Position numbers and translations under genes: made by a program. Under the pieces are notes generated by a model. The model was not told the origin of the DNA. It did no database searches and was given only the letters and a program-made list of their open reading frames with translations. 64,000 nt of DNA from Myxococcales bacterium (lineage in GTDB: Bacteria; Myxococcota; Myxococcia; Myxococcales; UBA5297): assembly GCA_031552145.1 (NCBI GenBank), contig JAVBMV010000005.1:3869-67868 (forward strand), given 5' to 3'. This document shows, one piece after another, positions 61,478-64,000 of the stretch. Positions within the stretch are counted from its first letter, which is position 1. Each line of letters begins with the position of its first letter.

Positions 61478-62704
61478 CTAGACCCAGGACTGCAGTTCCA
61501 GTGGGCCGCCGCGATCGGTCGCGCCGCGCTCTGTCCAATCGGAGAGAGGCGCCTGGATGGCGATGCCCATCTTTCCGATATGGGCGTTGGCGGCCATCCG
61601 TGCGTGCGCCTCGGGGATCTGCTCGAACGCCAGGACCTCGTCGACGATGGGCCGAATGGTGCCATCGGCGACGAGCCTGTTGGCGCGCTCGGCCTCGTAG
61701 GCGTTGGCGAAGTGGGAGCCGATGATCGACTTCTGCCGCGTCCAGAGGTGGCGCACATCGAAGCCGAGGTCATAGCCTGTCGTCGCGCCGCAGATGACGA
61801 TTCGCCCGAACCGACCGGCGAGGAGGACGCTGGCCGCGAAGGTCTCGCGCCCCACATGTTCGAAGACCACGTCGGGATCGCGTCCGCCCGTCAGCTCGCG
61901 GATCGCCTTGCCCAGCGCGCGCGTCGCCGCGAGGCGCTGCCTTTCATCCTGCGCGGCGAGGTCGAAGTTGCGCCGGTCGATGATCCATTCTGCGCCGCAC
62001 TGCTTGACGAGCGCCGCCTTGCGCTCGCTGGAGACGACGGCGATCGGGCGCGCGCCCATGGCGCGGCAGAGCTGTACCGCGAAGAGCCCCAGCCCTCCTG
62101 CCGCGCCCCAGACGAGCACGACCTCGCCGGGGCGCAGTTGCGCGCGATCGACGAGCATGCGGTAGGCGGTGAACCAGGTGAGCCCATAGCAGGCCGACTC
62201 GAACCAGGAGAGGTTGGCGGGCTTGGGCAGGAGCTGTTGTGACTGCACCTTGCAGAACTGCGCGAAGGAGCCCCAGCTCGTCTCGTAGCCCCAGATCTTC
62301 TGCTCCCGGCAGGCCATCGGATCGAAGCCGTTGCACTCCGGACATTGGCCGCAGCTCTGGTTGCAATGGAGCACTACCTGATCGCCGATGCGCCACCGCT
62401 TTACGTTGGAGCCGACCCGCCAGACGATCCCCGAGGCGTCGCTGCCGGCGATGTGGTGCGGTTCGGGGTGCATCTTGAAGACGGAGACGGGGCGCCCGCG
62501 CGAGGCCCAGACGCCGTTGAAGTTGACGCCTGCGGCCATCACCATCACCAGCGCTTCGTCGGGCCCTAGCTGTGGCAGATCGACCAGCTCGGGCCTCATC
62601 GCGTTCTGCGGCTCTCCCTCGCGCTCCGGGCGGATCACCATCGCGTGCATCTTCTCGGGCAGCGCTCCCAGCTCAGGGACCTTGCCAAGCTCCAATACCT
62701 TCAT
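61478..62704 (-). CDS. ccr: Crotonyl-CoA carboxylase/reductase family enzyme
   Basis: GGGGGAGAG RBS upstream of ATG 62704. [33 protein letters not shown]...[12 protein letters not shown]...[15 protein letters not shown]...VVLHCNQ...[14 protein letters not shown]...[11 protein letters not shown] aligns along its whole length with the Ccr sequences I remember. Confidence 0.8.
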   Translation of the reverse strand: MKVLELGKVPELGALPEKMHAMVIRPEREGEPQNAMRPELVDLPQLGPDEALVMVMAAGVNFNGVWASRGRPVSVFKMHPEPHHIAGSDASGIVWRVGSNVKRWRIGDQVVLHCNQSCGQCPECNGFDPMACREQKIWGYETSWGSFAQFCKVQSQQLLPKPANLSWFESACYGLTWFTAYRMLVDRAQLRPGEVVLVWGAAGGLGLFAVQLCRAMGARPIAVVSSERKAALVKQCGAEWIIDRRNFDLAAQDERQRLAATRALGKAIRELTGGRDPDVVFEHVGRETFAASVLLAGRFGRIVICGATTGYDLGFDVRHLWTRQKSIIGSHFANAYEAERANRLVADGTIRPIVDEVLAFEQIPEAHARMAANAHIGKMGIAIQAPLSDWTERGATDRGGPLELQSWV

Positions 62705-63152
62705 GTTGCTCTCCCCCTTGGGTGGTACGTCGTTCAATCGATTCGAGCGCGAGCGCACGCAGCGCCGCGACCAGCTCGGAGAGCTCCGTCTCGGGGCCGA
62801 AGATCGCGCGGACCCCAAGGGCGCGCAGCGACGCGTGCTCCTCCTGGGGAACGATGCCGCCGAGCACGAGTGGGAGCTCCAGATTCTGCTCGGCCAACCC
62901 ATCGAGAAGTCTTCGGCAGAGTGTCTCGTGGGCGCCCGAGAGGACCGAGACGCCGATCAGATCGACATCCTCCTGGAGCGCGGTCGCCACGATCGCCGGG
63001 ATGGTGGCGCGTAGCCCCGTGTAGACCACCTCGAAGCCCGCGTCGCGCAGCGCGCTCGCCACCACCAGCGCGCCGCGATCGTGGCCGTCGAGCCCGGCCT
63101 TGGCGACCAGAACGCGCGGAATACGCGGAATACGCGGAGTATGCGCACCCAT
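62673..63152 (-). CDS. B12-binding small subunit of a split acyl-CoA mutase (IcmB-like)
   Basis: [35 protein letters not shown]...[10 protein letters not shown] carries the DxHxxG cobalamin-binding motif. Its 3' end overlaps the ccr start by 32 nt. Confidence 0.85.
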   Translation of the reverse strand: MGAHTPRIPRIPRVLVAKAGLDGHDRGALVVASALRDAGFEVVYTGLRATIPAIVATALQEDVDLIGVSVLSGAHETLCRRLLDGLAEQNLELPLVLGGIVPQEEHASLRALGVRAIFGPETELSELVAALRALALESIERRTTQGGEQHEGIGAWQGP

Positions 63153-63154
63153 CG

Positions 63155-64000
63155 TCACCTCCACCCCGGCGGCGAATAGTGCCCAAAGCAGCGCCCCAGC
63201 GCCGCGGCGATCTCGCCCACCGTCGCCCGTACCCGCACCGCCTCTCGGAGCGCGGGCATAAGGTTCTGCTCTCCCGCCGCTGCCCGCTCCAGCGCGTCGA
63301 GCGCGCGCGCCGCCGCCGCGTTGCTGCGCTCTGCCCGCAGGGCGCGCAGCTGGCGCACCCGCTCGTCGATCTGGGCGTGCGCCAGCGCGCGCTCCGCCTG
63401 GGTAAGGGCAGCGGGCGTGCTCTCGGACACGAGTTGCGCGTTGTCCCGGTGATCGCCGGTTCCGACGCCGACCACCCTCACCTCGCCGCTCTCGAGCGCG
63501 CGCTGGTACTCGTAGGCGCGGCGCGCGATCTCACGCTGCACGTAGCCGCTCTCGAGCGCGCGGACCATGCCCCCCTGTGCGCCGATCTGCTCCATCACCT
63601 GCAGGATCTTCGCCTCCATGGCGTCGGTGAGCGCCTCGACGAAGTAGCTGCCGCCCAGAGGGTCGCTCGTGGCGGCCACCTCGGTCTCGAAGGCGACGAT
63701 CTGCTGCACGCGCAGAGCGGTGCGGGCCGAGAGCTCTGTAGGGATGGCGTAGGCCTCGTCGAAGGCGGCGGTGAAGACCGACTGCAGCCCGGCACAGGCG
63801 ACGGCGAAGCACTCGAGCGTGGTGCGCGCGATGTTGTTGAGTGGCTCCGAGCGCGTGAGCGAGTGGCCGCCGCAGACACAGGCCGCGCGCAACTTCATGC
63901 TCTCGGGCGAAGTGGCCCCGAAGCGATCGCGCATCAGTGTGGCCCAGAGCCTGCGCGCGGCGCGATACTTGGCCACCTCTTCAAAGAAGTTGGTGTAGGT
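63155..64000 (-). CDS. Methylmalonyl-CoA mutase family large (substrate-binding) subunit, partial (5' end beyond right window edge)
   Basis: The frame is open to nt 64000. [28 protein letters not shown]...[12 protein letters not shown]...[21 protein letters not shown]...DEAYAIPTE... is typical of the MCM TIM-barrel C-terminal half. Confidence 0.85.
   Translation of the reverse strand, partial: TYTNFFEEVAKYRAARRLWATLMRDRFGATSPESMKLRAACVCGGHSLTRSEPLNNIARTTLECFAVACAGLQSVFTAAFDEAYAIPTELSARTALRVQQIVAFETEVAATSDPLGGSYFVEALTDAMEAKILQVMEQIGAQGGMVRALESGYVQREIARRAYEYQRALESGEVRVVGVGTGDHRDNAQLVSESTPAALTQAERALAHAQIDERVRQLRALRAERSNAAAARALDALERAAAGEQNLMPALREAVRVRATVGEIAAALGRCFGHYSPPGWR

Noticed and set aside
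63114-63146. Short tandem repeat cgcggaata/cgcggaata/cgcggagta.
   Set aside because: It lies in-frame at the N-terminus of the B12-binding subunit and encodes PRIPRIPR. It is a trivial codon-level repeat with no sign of a regulatory or mobile role.

Overview
This is a very GC-rich chromosomal segment. It looks myxobacterial because it has a MYXO-CTERM-like sorting tail, Cys-rich giant lipoproteins and FHA/TPR-rich content; that placement is inference. Many long ORFs in the track are wrong-frame or antisense shadows caused by the GC bias, so genes were picked by recognisable protein motifs, RBS/start context and operon junctions.

Content from left to right:
- A pirin gene fragment and a membrane metallophosphoesterase.
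- A TetR-controlled YbhGFSR-like HlyD/ABC-2 efflux operon.
- An ABC-F ATPase, a VIT+vWA secreted protein and a YidE/YbjL-type transporter.
- Two tandem, collinear ~2,190-aa paralogous lipoproteins (13.2 kb together). Each has a triple Cys-rich N-terminal repeat plus 13 divergent ~140-175-aa disulfide-type modules.
- A convergent 12-blade Kelch lipoprotein with a MYXO-CTERM-like tail.
- ggt.
- A small decayed accessory patch next to ssrA: a truncated and frameshifted GNAT toxin, a DUF1016 nuclease and a methyltransferase.
- The tmRNA gene (tag ANDNVELALAA).
- An orphan encapsulated-ferritin cargo gene with no shell gene in the window.
- Housekeeping genes: rsmE, maf, lon, queG, a PduO-type adenosyltransferase, rho and tRNA-Ala(CGC).
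- A WS/DGAT, a double M16 peptidase and YceI.
- A ccr, FabG-like reductase and split B12 acyl-CoA mutase cluster that runs off the right edge.

No CRISPR array, rRNA, transposase or integrase was seen. The best candidate for something undescribed is the giant-lipoprotein pair together with the Kelch/MYXO-CTERM gene. I cannot assign it a function from sequence alone.
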